From positions 5,431-69,430 of the forward strand of contig JARFRD010000063.1 of assembly GCA_029287435.1 (NCBI GenBank): DNA of 64,000 nt. Direction: 5' to 3'. Position numbers and translations under genes: made by a program. This document shows, in pieces, positions 40,490-49,150 of this stretch. This DNA comes from Gammaproteobacteria bacterium (GTDB lineage: Bacteria; Pseudomonadota; Gammaproteobacteria; SZUA-229). Each line of letters starts with the position of its first letter. Positions within the stretch are counted from its first letter, which is position 1. The notes below the pieces were generated by a model. The model did not search any database. It was not told the origin of the DNA and saw nothing but the letters and a program-made list of their open reading frames with translations.

Positions 40490-41782
40490 ATGAATACCTA
40501 TGATCGAAGGCGGTTTATCAAACTATTAGGCGGCTCCGGTATGATGCTGGCCAGCTTTAATCCGTTAACGGTTTTCGCACAGAGTAATAATCCATCGGCA
40601 CGGGTAATAATCGTCGGCGGGGGTTTTGGTGGTGCAACCTGTGCCAAGTACCTGAATATGTTTGATCCGGGCCTGTCAGTAACACTCATCGAACCATCGA
40701 AACGTTTTACATCCTGCCCATTTAGCAATGCTGTCCTCAGCGGCATGAGAGACCTGGACAGTATTAGTTATGGTTATCATGCACATGTAAAACGTGGCAT
40801 AAATGTCGTGCACGACAAGGTGACACAAATTGACGCTGCCGCAAAAAAGATAACACTTGGCAACGGCGAAAAGCTGTCTTATGACCGACTGGTACTATCA
40901 CCCGGTATTGATTTTAGATGGGAAGATGTCGAAGGCATGAACGCCAGTGATATGGAACTTATTCCGCACGCCTGGCAGGGTGGACCGCAAACGACACTAT
41001 TACGAGACCAGCTGGTAGCAATGAAAGATGGCGGTACATTTATAATCGCCCCGCCTGAAAACCCATTCCGCTGCCCACCCGGACCCTATGAACGGGTTAG
41101 CCTGATAGCGCATTACCTGCAACAGCATAAACCAAATTCAAAGATCCTGATCCTGGATGCGAAAGAAAAATTTTCCAAGCAGCCATTATTCATGCAGGGC
41201 TGGGAAAAACTCTATCCCGGCATGATCGAATGGGTTAGTGGAGATACTGGCGGACGCATTGATCATGTTGATGTTAAAAATAAAACCATTCACTCGGAAT
41301 CGGGTGATAAACACCAGGCAGAAGTCATTAACTTTATACCGCCTCAAAAAGCAGGTTTGATTGCACATACTGCGGGACTAACAAACAGCGACGGCTGGTG
41401 TCCGGTTAACCAGAGAACATTCGAATCGGAAGTACACTCTGATATCCATGTTATTGGCGATGCTTCCATTGCAGGAAAAATGCCGAAATCCGGTTTTGCC
41501 GCAAATAGCCAGGGTAAAGTCTGTGCTGCCGCGATAGTCTCTGCAGTCCATGGCACTAAAATGCCTGAGCCATCATATGTCAACACCTGTTATAGCCTGG
41601 TATCGCCTGACTATGGTATTTCAGTCGCCGCCGTATATCGTTTCAGTGATGATAAAGGCATATACAAAGTCGAAGGTTCAGGGGGTGTCAGTCCAAAAGA
41701 GGCAGATGCCAATTTCCGTAAACAGGAAGCACGATATGCAAAAGGCTGGTATGACAGCATTACCTCAGACAGTTTTGGATAA
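40490..41782 (+). CDS. fccB: flavocytochrome c sulfide dehydrogenase flavoprotein subunit
   Basis: Tat signal DRRRFIK; VGGGFGGATCAKY, SCPFSN, PHAW, FRCPPGPYER, MPKSG, NTCYSL. Confidence 0.92.
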   Translation: MNTYDRRRFIKLLGGSGMMLASFNPLTVFAQSNNPSARVIIVGGGFGGATCAKYLNMFDPGLSVTLIEPSKRFTSCPFSNAVLSGMRDLDSISYGYHAHVKRGINVVHDKVTQIDAAAKKITLGNGEKLSYDRLVLSPGIDFRWEDVEGMNASDMELIPHAWQGGPQTTLLRDQLVAMKDGGTFIIAPPENPFRCPPGPYERVSLIAHYLQQHKPNSKILILDAKEKFSKQPLFMQGWEKLYPGMIEWVSGDTGGRIDHVDVKNKTIHSESGDKHQAEVINFIPPQKAGLIAHTAGLTNSDGWCPVNQRTFESEVHSDIHVIGDASIAGKMPKSGFAANSQGKVCAAAIVSAVHGTKMPEPSYVNTCYSLVSPDYGISVAAVYRFSDDKGIYKVEGSGGVSPKEADANFRKQEARYAKGWYDSITSDSFG

Positions 41783-41876
41783 AACTGAAGTGAATTAGAT
41801 AATCAGCATTGCAGTAAATGAGGTATGTCAACATTTCCTGACAAATCGCATTGATGCATCATGACAGTAATGCAGG

Positions 41877-41909
41877 AGGGTCTGTGTAGTTATTCACTAC
41901 ACGGACCCT
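41877..41909. terminator. 14-bp hairpin between convergent genes (terminator or REP-like element)
   Basis: AGGGTCTGTGTAGT-TATTC-ACTACACGGACCCT, one G-U pair. Confidence 0.6.
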
Positions 41910-41933
41910 TGTGTATCAAGAATTAAAAGTTTC

Positions 41934-42515
41934 TTATTTGTCAGCCTCAGAATCTTCAGCCTCATCAGTATCTTTTGGCGCAACAGGAGCAGGCGCTGCT
42001 ATCGGAGCAGCAAAGATTGGCGGATATTCAGGAATAGGCGGTGCAACAGGGAGATCCGGGGCTACGTCAGCACCCGGTGCTGTGGCGGCTCCTTTTGCAG
42101 CAGGAGGAGCAGACGGAGCGACGGGAGTATCAGGAGCGTCTGGAATTATAGGATGTTCCGGGACTTCAGGGTCTTCCGGGTATTCAGGGACAGCCGGTGC
42201 TACAGGATAACCGGGTGCTACAGCTGCTGCTGGGGCAACGGGAGGGGCTGCTGGGGCAACGGGTGCACTGGGCGCTACAGGTGCCCCTGGTGCTACAGGA
42301 GTAGCCTGTGCCAGTTGATCGCCATAAGTCAACGACTCGACGAAGCCATCGGCAGGAATAATTAAAGTTTCTGTATTCTCCGTATTACCGGCGTGTTTAT
42401 TATCGTTTATTACAGGGATGCCATCGTGCAGGGCAGCCATTGCAGCTGCACAGACACAGAGGTTCACTGTGAGCAGAGTGAATGAGGCGGATATTATTTT
42501 AGTGTAACCCGGCAT
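41934..42515 (-). CDS. exported Pro/Ala-rich low-complexity protein
   Basis: RBS AAGGAGG before ATG 42515; signal-like N-terminus; repeated PVAP and PEYP/PEDP/PEVP units; acidic tail. Confidence 0.65.
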   Translation of the reverse strand: MPGYTKIISASFTLLTVNLCVCAAAMAALHDGIPVINDNKHAGNTENTETLIIPADGFVESLTYGDQLAQATPVAPGAPVAPSAPVAPAAPPVAPAAAVAPGYPVAPAVPEYPEDPEVPEHPIIPDAPDTPVAPSAPPAAKGAATAPGADVAPDLPVAPPIPEYPPIFAAPIAAPAPVAPKDTDEAEDSEADK

Positions 42516-42749
42516 GTTGAGTTCCTCCTTCTTTAAACACACGAAATCGTACCACTAAATGCCATGGCTTGCCGAACTACACTGGTCGATATTCTGTTTT
42601 TTTTCATATGTCCCGGGCAGAAACAGTCGATAAAAGGAATATCCGAAAGTACAGAAGTTCACCAACAGACTCTCTGAACCCGTCCAATCTACTCTACACT
42701 GATTACGGAAAATGTCTGGCCGGGCTTTTGCCGAGGGTAATGATTGTTT

Positions 42750-42780
42750 GTGATATTCCTGTGATATTCCCGTGATATTT
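42750..42780 (+). promoter_or_regulatory. three 11-bp direct repeats (GTGATATT), likely OmpR-family binding boxes
   Basis: GTGATATTCCT GTGATATTCCC GTGATATTT about 70 bp upstream of the response regulator. Confidence 0.7.
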
Positions 42781-42846
42781 GGGTGCTAAGCTGAATTCCA
42801 CGCAAAGGGTCGAGAACATTAGCCGTTATTGGCTGTCGAATGACTT

Positions 42847-43581
42847 ATGTCCCATACCAGCATGCCAAAAAATATACTTGTCATTGAAGATAATACGGAT
42901 ATTGCTAATTTAGTGATGGTCAACCTGCGTGGCAAGCATTTGCAGGTTGATCATGTGGCTGATGGTAAGACGGGTCTGGATAAAGCACTTACTGGCGATT
43001 ACCAGTTGATCATATTAGATCTTATGCTGCCCGGCATGGATGGCATGGATATATGCAGGTTCATGCGCAGAGAAAACAACTTTACACCGGTACTGATGCT
43101 GACAGCAAAGACTTCAGAGCTGGACCGCGTGCTAGGTCTGGAAGTTGGAGCAGATGATTACCTTACAAAACCATTTAGCGTTCCCGAACTGGTAGCCAGA
43201 GTAAACGCGATATTGCGCAGGGCACAACAATATCAGCTATCGCTAGCAGCAGAAATATCTGAAAAGCTGAAATTTGGTGAACTGTCTGTGGATCCGGACA
43301 AGCGACAGGTGCTGCTGGGTAATAATGATATCGAGCTCACAGCCAAAGAATTTGATTTGTTATGGCACTTTGCCAGTCATCCCGGTCGAGTTTATACCCG
43401 CTCACAGCTGCTTAGTAGCATATGGGGATATGGACATGACGGCTATGAACATACGGTCAATTCACATATCAATCGCCTGCGAGCAAAGATTGAAGCTGAC
43501 CCGGCAAAGCCACAGTATGTCATTACTGTCTGGGGCGTTGGCTACAAGTTTTCGAATGACATAAATAAGGCGGTCAGGTGA
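42847..43581 (+). CDS. OmpR/PhoB-family response regulator
   Basis: ILVIED, LIILDLMLPG, MLTAK, GADDYLTKPF, LTAKEFDLL, TVNSHINRLRAKIE, TVWGVGYKF. Confidence 0.95.
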   Translation: MSHTSMPKNILVIEDNTDIANLVMVNLRGKHLQVDHVADGKTGLDKALTGDYQLIILDLMLPGMDGMDICRFMRRENNFTPVLMLTAKTSELDRVLGLEVGADDYLTKPFSVPELVARVNAILRRAQQYQLSLAAEISEKLKFGELSVDPDKRQVLLGNNDIELTAKEFDLLWHFASHPGRVYTRSQLLSSIWGYGHDGYEHTVNSHINRLRAKIEADPAKPQYVITVWGVGYKFSNDINKAVR

Positions 43582-45059
43582 TTTTTAGAACGCTTTATAG
43601 TCGTATTGGATTAACTTTATTTGTTTTACTGTGTCTGGTCGGATTAATCCTGATCCAGTTGATAGGACGCTCCAGTGCGCTGTATCAGCAGGAAGTGGTT
43701 CAGAAACTCAACAGCAAACTGGCTGAGCATATTGTTGCTGAACAGGAATTAATTCAGAACCAGATGATCAATTATGCAGCATCCGATCCCCTGTTCCATG
43801 ATTTGATGGTCATCAATCCCAGCATCGAATTGTACTTGCTCGACAAGCAAGGTGTAATCATGGGCTATCACGCACCAGCGGGAAAAGTAAAAAGGACCCG
43901 AATCGACCTTGAGCCGTTAAATAAATTTTTTGATGGGAAGGTCAGGTATCCGCTTAAAGGTGATGATCCGCGTACACTTGGTGGTCAGAAAGTTTTTTCT
44001 GCGGCGAAAATATCCAATAAAGACGGACTGCAGGGGTATCTGTACATTGTGCTCGGTGGCGAGCAGTATGATCATGTGGTGCACATGCTGGGCAATAGTT
44101 ACATTGTTGACACATCACTGCAGGTGTTGATGGTCGCTTTGATTGCAGCCTTGCTTGGTGGTTTGTTTGTATTTGGCCTGCAGACACGGCGCCTGCGTTT
44201 GCTGGGTGAGGTCATGCGCAGCTATGCCAGGAAAAGCAGGGAAGGCAACATGTCGATACGCTATCCGGTCAGGGGGAAAAGTAAAGACGAGGTTGATGAG
44301 CTGGGTATGCAGTTTAATACCATGGCGGAAAAGATTAACGAACAATTCAATGAGCTAAAGCGTACTGATGGCAGACGCCGTGAAATGGTTGCGAATATCT
44401 CGCATGATCTACGCACACCACTGACCACAATGCGCGGTTATCTGGAAACTCTGTTGATAAAGAATCAATCTCTTTCCGCGCAAGAGAAAAAACAATATCT
44501 TGAAACAGCATTGAGTCATAGTCAGCATCTGGGAAAATTGGTTGAGCAGCTGTTTGAATTAGCCAGGTTGGATTCCTGTGAGTCAGTGGTCTACTCTGAA
44601 CCATTCTCGATGGGTGAATTAGTGCAGGATGTGACGCAGTCATATCTATTGCGCGCAAAGGAGAAATCGATCCAGCTCGAAGTTGCCTTGAACCCGGATG
44701 CACCATTGATTTATGGCGATATCGCAATGATGCAGCGGGTGCTCGAAAACCTGCTTGAGAACGGCCTTCGACACACACCTGAAGGTGGGCGAGTCAGTAT
44801 TAGTGTGGATATCGATTCCGGCAATGTCATTGTGCGGATAGCAGACACAGGCTGCGGTATTGCTGCTGAAGATGTTCCACGAATATTTGAGCGCTTTTAT
44901 CAGCAGGATATAAATAGTAGCGGTAGCAGTAGCTCAGGTCTGGGACTCGCCATCGTAAAACGGATCCTTGAATTACATGGCAGCGCCATTAGAGTCCGAA
45001 GTGAAATCGATCATGGCACTACCTTCTCATTCAATCTGGCTACAAAGCCCTCATTCTGA
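43578..45059 (+). CDS. HAMP-containing sensor histidine kinase
   Basis: Two TMs, HAMP (DEVDELGMQFNTMA), H-box ISHDLRTPL, N-box NLLENG, DTGCGI, FERFY, GLGLAIV. Confidence 0.95.
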   Translation: MIFRTLYSRIGLTLFVLLCLVGLILIQLIGRSSALYQQEVVQKLNSKLAEHIVAEQELIQNQMINYAASDPLFHDLMVINPSIELYLLDKQGVIMGYHAPAGKVKRTRIDLEPLNKFFDGKVRYPLKGDDPRTLGGQKVFSAAKISNKDGLQGYLYIVLGGEQYDHVVHMLGNSYIVDTSLQVLMVALIAALLGGLFVFGLQTRRLRLLGEVMRSYARKSREGNMSIRYPVRGKSKDEVDELGMQFNTMAEKINEQFNELKRTDGRRREMVANISHDLRTPLTTMRGYLETLLIKNQSLSAQEKKQYLETALSHSQHLGKLVEQLFELARLDSCESVVYSEPFSMGELVQDVTQSYLLRAKEKSIQLEVALNPDAPLIYGDIAMMQRVLENLLENGLRHTPEGGRVSISVDIDSGNVIVRIADTGCGIAAEDVPRIFERFYQQDINSSGSSSSGLGLAIVKRILELHGSAIRVRSEIDHGTTFSFNLATKPSF

Positions 45060-45086
45060 TCATACAACTTGCCAAAAAGGAAGGAT

Positions 45087-45123
45087 GTTACAAACTTGTG
45101 ATAATTTCGTGAGCCCGGCGTGA
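45087..45123 (+). promoter_or_regulatory. GT(T/G)A half-sites at 11-bp spacing upstream of the exported-protein gene
   Basis: GTTA 45087, GTGA 45098, GTGA 45109, GTGA 45120; same core and period as the 42750 boxes. Confidence 0.55.
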
Positions 45124-45177
45124 ACCTCTTTTGTAACACTATGCTTCCCCTATTGATGAAAAAAAGAGAGCAGTCAA

Positions 45178-45531
45178 ATGAAAACACTAAAAATAGTATG
45201 TGCAGCAGTATTGTTTGCTTCAGCTGTGGCTGTGAATAGCACGGCATTTGCAAAAGAGCGTGAGACAGGGCGCGGTACCGGGCCGGTGGTGTATGTTACT
45301 TCACAGGGCCTGTATTATGACTCCATTGTTGTGGTTGACTCCTTACCGGCTAATGGTAGATTTCAGCAGTTGATTCCTGGAGAAAATGGACTGGAGACGG
45401 AATACGGTCCAGGCGAAGTGGGCCATCTTGGTGGCCGCTGGTGGATTGATATAAACGGTGACGGCATCATGAACGACGGCGATAAGTTCTTTCTCTGTCC
45501 GTTGCTTGGCCCGGGTCGTGAAACTTTGTAA
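45178..45531 (+). CDS. small exported hypothetical protein
   Basis: Signal peptide ending AFA; GPVVYVTSQGLYYDSIV, GGRWWIDINGDG, FLCPLLGPG. Confidence 0.75.
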   Translation: MKTLKIVCAAVLFASAVAVNSTAFAKERETGRGTGPVVYVTSQGLYYDSIVVVDSLPANGRFQQLIPGENGLETEYGPGEVGHLGGRWWIDINGDGIMNDGDKFFLCPLLGPGRETL

Positions 45532-45560
45532 TTTTATACTCCCTTACATGAGAGAAAACT

Positions 45561-45588
45561 GGAACCGCATAATGCGGTTCCTTTTTTT
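45561..45588 (+). terminator. Rho-independent terminator
   Basis: GGAACCGCA-TAA-TGCGGTTCC followed by a T tract. Confidence 0.85.
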
Positions 45589-45808
45589 AGTGTTATTTCA
45601 GCAGCCGAGCAGCTCGATGTCTTACTCATAGCGCCTGGTAGACGTGCCATCACCGGGGAGTTCTTGAATCGCTGCCTTGAGGGATCGATCGAGCGCGACA
45701 TGGTGGCTGAAAGCACACCAGCTATGTTTGAGTTCCACTTAATTGAAGTCTATTACCCGTGACGTCTGTTAATCCTCTCAAACGATCAATAAATGATTTA
45801 AATCTAAA

Positions 45809-46642
45809 CTAGGCCTTCTTGACGAGGGTGTCATCGGTAATTGATTCAAGCGACCGTTTCCTTTCTGAAACCATCAGGTATTCGTGCATCAGCTCGTCAT
45901 ATAATTCGGGGCGTTCGGTTTTCAGCTCGATGGCATAGTCGAGGAACTTGGTAATCGCACCGGTCAGTATTGTGCGTAACTTTTCACAGCCCTGCGGTGT
46001 ACTCATGGCGTACTCGACGAACAGCCTGCCGGGATAGGATTCCTTGAACATGCGGACATCCTGAATGAAATGCAGGACGTATACTACTTCTTCAAGTATA
46101 TCCTCAAAGTCGTGTTGCATGGCCCAGTCCATGAATTTCACGAACGCGTCACGGGCATCGATATAGGACAGGACCACAGTCTCAAGCTCATCGATAGATC
46201 GATAGGTCAATTCGTTGAGGTCTTCGCGTAGCCTGTATAATTCCGAGATATCGGCAGTGACCAGTGTAGGGATATCTATCTGTGGTGACTCCAGGGCATT
46301 GAAGCTATTGATGAATACCTCGCGGATCTGTGAACGAAAAATATGGCTCTTCATGTGCATCAGCAGACGAAGGCGGCCTTTCTTTTCTCTTCTGGCAAGA
46401 AAGCGCTCGACGATGATGGCGCCGAACATAATTTCAAGCGGTATCGCTGCAACATGCTCCAGAAAACCATAATGAGTGACATGTTCGAGATACAGGAAAA
46501 ACAGGCTTAGAATTGGTAGAGTGATTATCAATGCACCATATGGACTGATTATTTTTTTATTTTTGTTAATTGAGTTCCTGCTCTCCCCATTACCTGGCAA
46601 AGCAGCCTCCTGTCGGCAGTTGAACGTCAGACCTGTTGTCAT
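45809..46642 (-). CDS. hypothetical membrane-anchored helical protein
   Basis: 277 aa ORF, two hydrophobic segments near the N-terminus, then an acidic helical region; no family recognised. Confidence 0.65.
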   Translation of the reverse strand: MTTGLTFNCRQEAALPGNGESRNSINKNKKIISPYGALIITLPILSLFFLYLEHVTHYGFLEHVAAIPLEIMFGAIIVERFLARREKKGRLRLLMHMKSHIFRSQIREVFINSFNALESPQIDIPTLVTADISELYRLREDLNELTYRSIDELETVVLSYIDARDAFVKFMDWAMQHDFEDILEEVVYVLHFIQDVRMFKESYPGRLFVEYAMSTPQGCEKLRTILTGAITKFLDYAIELKTERPELYDELMHEYLMVSERKRSLESITDDTLVKKA

Positions 46643-47019
46643 AATATATTGTCCTTTAACTCAGATTCGTTTATCAGATTCGTTTAATGGTGGAATACAC
46701 TGCCCGATTAACACGGAATACAACAATTGTAAGTCATCCCCCATCTGGCTAAATATCATACCCCGAATGGCAGCAATCGACCATCTGCCATTTTCTGTTG
46801 TATCGGAGACGATTATAGCCGTTCAAATAAATGTCGGACCACTCGCTGATCTGGGAATCGAGCTACAACAGTATCCCTGTGCCTGTTCGTGGAGGCAGGG
46901 CTAGTGTGCGGAATAGCAGTCGTGTTCGCAGAATTTTCGACTAAAATAAATAAAGATATACGGGGCATTATATGTGCCTAAAGTTAACTGCAAAACTAGC
47001 TATTGGGGAGGAGGACTGA

Positions 47020-47334
47020 TTGATGGAAAACGATGAAGAAAAACGAAACAGGATAAATCCGATTCCCGATGAGCTGCAGGAACCTGTGAACATACCTGAA
47101 AAGCTGCTGAAATATATGAATAAACAACAAAGACATACTTACCTTAAAATGCAGATGCATGGTTGGAGGCTCAAGTTTATAAGACGTCCATTGTTCAGAA
47201 AGCCGGTATGTGTGTTTACTGATCCCAAAGAGACCATATTAGCAGTGATTGAAGAGGACGGAACATTCAACAAGCAACCACGTTTCCTGTTTCGCAGTGC
47301 GGATAAGCGTGCAAAAAATGATTTAAAACAGTAG
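47020..47334 (+). CDS. small hypothetical protein
   Basis: RBS GGAGGAGG; GWRLKFIRRPLF...AVIEEDG resembles a small gammaproteobacterial hypothetical family. Confidence 0.7.
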   Translation: MMENDEEKRNRINPIPDELQEPVNIPEKLLKYMNKQQRHTYLKMQMHGWRLKFIRRPLFRKPVCVFTDPKETILAVIEEDGTFNKQPRFLFRSADKRAKNDLKQ

Positions 47335-47419
47335 CTACCTACAAATAAGATGAATGATAATGTGGCAGCCTGAGACCCTTTCTATTTTTCACAGCCAGCA
47401 ACTGCCCATTCTATTATCG

Positions 47420-48985
47420 TTATCTTTTCCTGGTTTTCCGCATTGACTGAATATGAATACCAATCCTCTTACCCAGCCACCAGCTAAAGAAAATGATAAT
47501 AATGAAGACGAAAACGGCCAGCAGGTAGAACTGGTTCGAGGTCAGGGTCGGTTTCGACTTCACATAGGCCATGTTCGACGGGATGAGATATTGCCGCGCA
47601 ACATTGCGTACATCATCGGGCGTGAACTTCTCAAGTAATGCCTCCTGATTTACAAACCCCCCGTACTTGTCAACTTCGACCAGGTTGTTAATATAATACC
47701 AGGCAATGTCTGCATTCGATTCCAGGCCCTGTGCCTTGCTCAGTAACAGGGAGCGGATGGTCTGCTTTATCTCCGCATCGCTCACTTCGCCGTCTCGCAG
47801 CCGAACGACTTCCCGATGCATGATGTCGGAAACCTTGTCCAGGTCCTTAAGGTCTGCATCGGCATTGATAACAAACAGACCTTCATGGCGTCCGCCGAGG
47901 ATTTCAACACTCGGTGAATAAGACAGCCCCTGCAGTACTCGGATCGCTTCATACATACGTTTATAGAAGTATGCCTCGATGATGAGGAAAACATAGTAAT
48001 CAGGCGAGCCATAGCCATTGGTACGATAGATCAGCTCAGACGTGCCATTGGTACCAAATATTGGATCGAGTGTGCCGGTGACGTGGAGCGGCCCCTCGTT
48101 AAAGCCCGTTGCTACTGGGATATCGCGCTCAATTTTCCTGTATGGCATTTTGCCGAAAAGCGCAGCAATCTGTTTTTTTATTTTCGCCGTATCAAAGTCG
48201 CCGCTTATCACCAGGGTCATGTTGTTTGGCACATAAAACTTGTTATAGGCATCGATAATGTTCTGGCGTGAGATATGCTCAAGGGTTGTCAGATGACTGC
48301 AGTAGATACGGCTGCCCTGGAGCATCGCTTTTAGAACCTTGTCCCGTGCACTACTGACAAGTTCATGCTGATGCAGGTACCTTGTTATGCGTGTAGGAAC
48401 ACCGCCCAACTCGCGGTAGATGATTTTCTGTGAGTGTTCGAAGTCAGCCTTGCTGATGACTGAATCGGTGATGACCTCATGTAGAGTTGCCAGTCCAACA
48501 TCAACGTATTCACTGAAAATATCAACTTTAAAAATGGTGTCCTCACCATATGTGGCGGCATTCCAGCTACCGCCATGATGAATAATTAATTCATCGAGCT
48601 CACTCTCCGAATGCTGTGACGTACCGGTAAATAACAGGTGTTCGAGGAAGTGCGCTGTTTCCCGTTGTAAACAGTCGAAATCATACTCGCCAAGCCCTAC
48701 ATTCAGTCGTATCGCAACGTTGCGGGCGCCATGCCGGTCCTTGAGGATGACACGCATGCCATTATCAAGGAAATATATTTCAGGGTCATAGATGCCCTCG
48801 GGTGTGAACCTTGCAGCAGATGCCTGGCTGGATGTTATTAAGCTGGCTAACACCATTGCACAGAAGAAAAAAACAGAATTGCTGGCCAGGCTAGTGAAAA
48901 CGGATCCGGGCACGACCTGATTTGTTGCAATCGTGAGGTTGCTCAAAATGGATAACTTCATCAGAGGGAGTTTATCTGAAATCAC
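47420..48985 (-). CDS. M16 (pitrilysin/insulinase) family zinc peptidase with C-terminal membrane anchor
   Basis: LDNGMRV, inverted zincin AHFLEHLLFTGT, WNAAT, YVPNNMTLVISGD, IRVLQGLSYS; C-terminal TM; true start may be downstream. Confidence 0.88.
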   Translation of the reverse strand: MISDKLPLMKLSILSNLTIATNQVVPGSVFTSLASNSVFFFCAMVLASLITSSQASAARFTPEGIYDPEIYFLDNGMRVILKDRHGARNVAIRLNVGLGEYDFDCLQRETAHFLEHLLFTGTSQHSESELDELIIHHGGSWNAATYGEDTIFKVDIFSEYVDVGLATLHEVITDSVISKADFEHSQKIIYRELGGVPTRITRYLHQHELVSSARDKVLKAMLQGSRIYCSHLTTLEHISRQNIIDAYNKFYVPNNMTLVISGDFDTAKIKKQIAALFGKMPYRKIERDIPVATGFNEGPLHVTGTLDPIFGTNGTSELIYRTNGYGSPDYYVFLIIEAYFYKRMYEAIRVLQGLSYSPSVEILGGRHEGLFVINADADLKDLDKVSDIMHREVVRLRDGEVSDAEIKQTIRSLLLSKAQGLESNADIAWYYINNLVEVDKYGGFVNQEALLEKFTPDDVRNVARQYLIPSNMAYVKSKPTLTSNQFYLLAVFVFIIIIFFSWWLGKRIGIHIQSMRKTRKR

Positions 48986-49150
48986 AGCATCCTCCCAAAG
49001 AATACCCAGTTATTTCGAGTTGCTATAGCGGGGGCAATCTCCTCGAACTAGCCTGTCGTTGTTAACAAAGCTGCGTGACAGCAACTGGTAGCATCTGGCA
49101 GAACAGCCCCCTGATAAAGACCGGAAAAATGTCACACGGCCAAGCTGAAC

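Noticed and set aside
41911..42365. Gly/Ala-rich plus-strand ORFs resembling collagen- or silk-like proteins
   Set aside because: They are the antisense reading of the Pro/Ala-rich gene, which has the strong RBS and signal peptide
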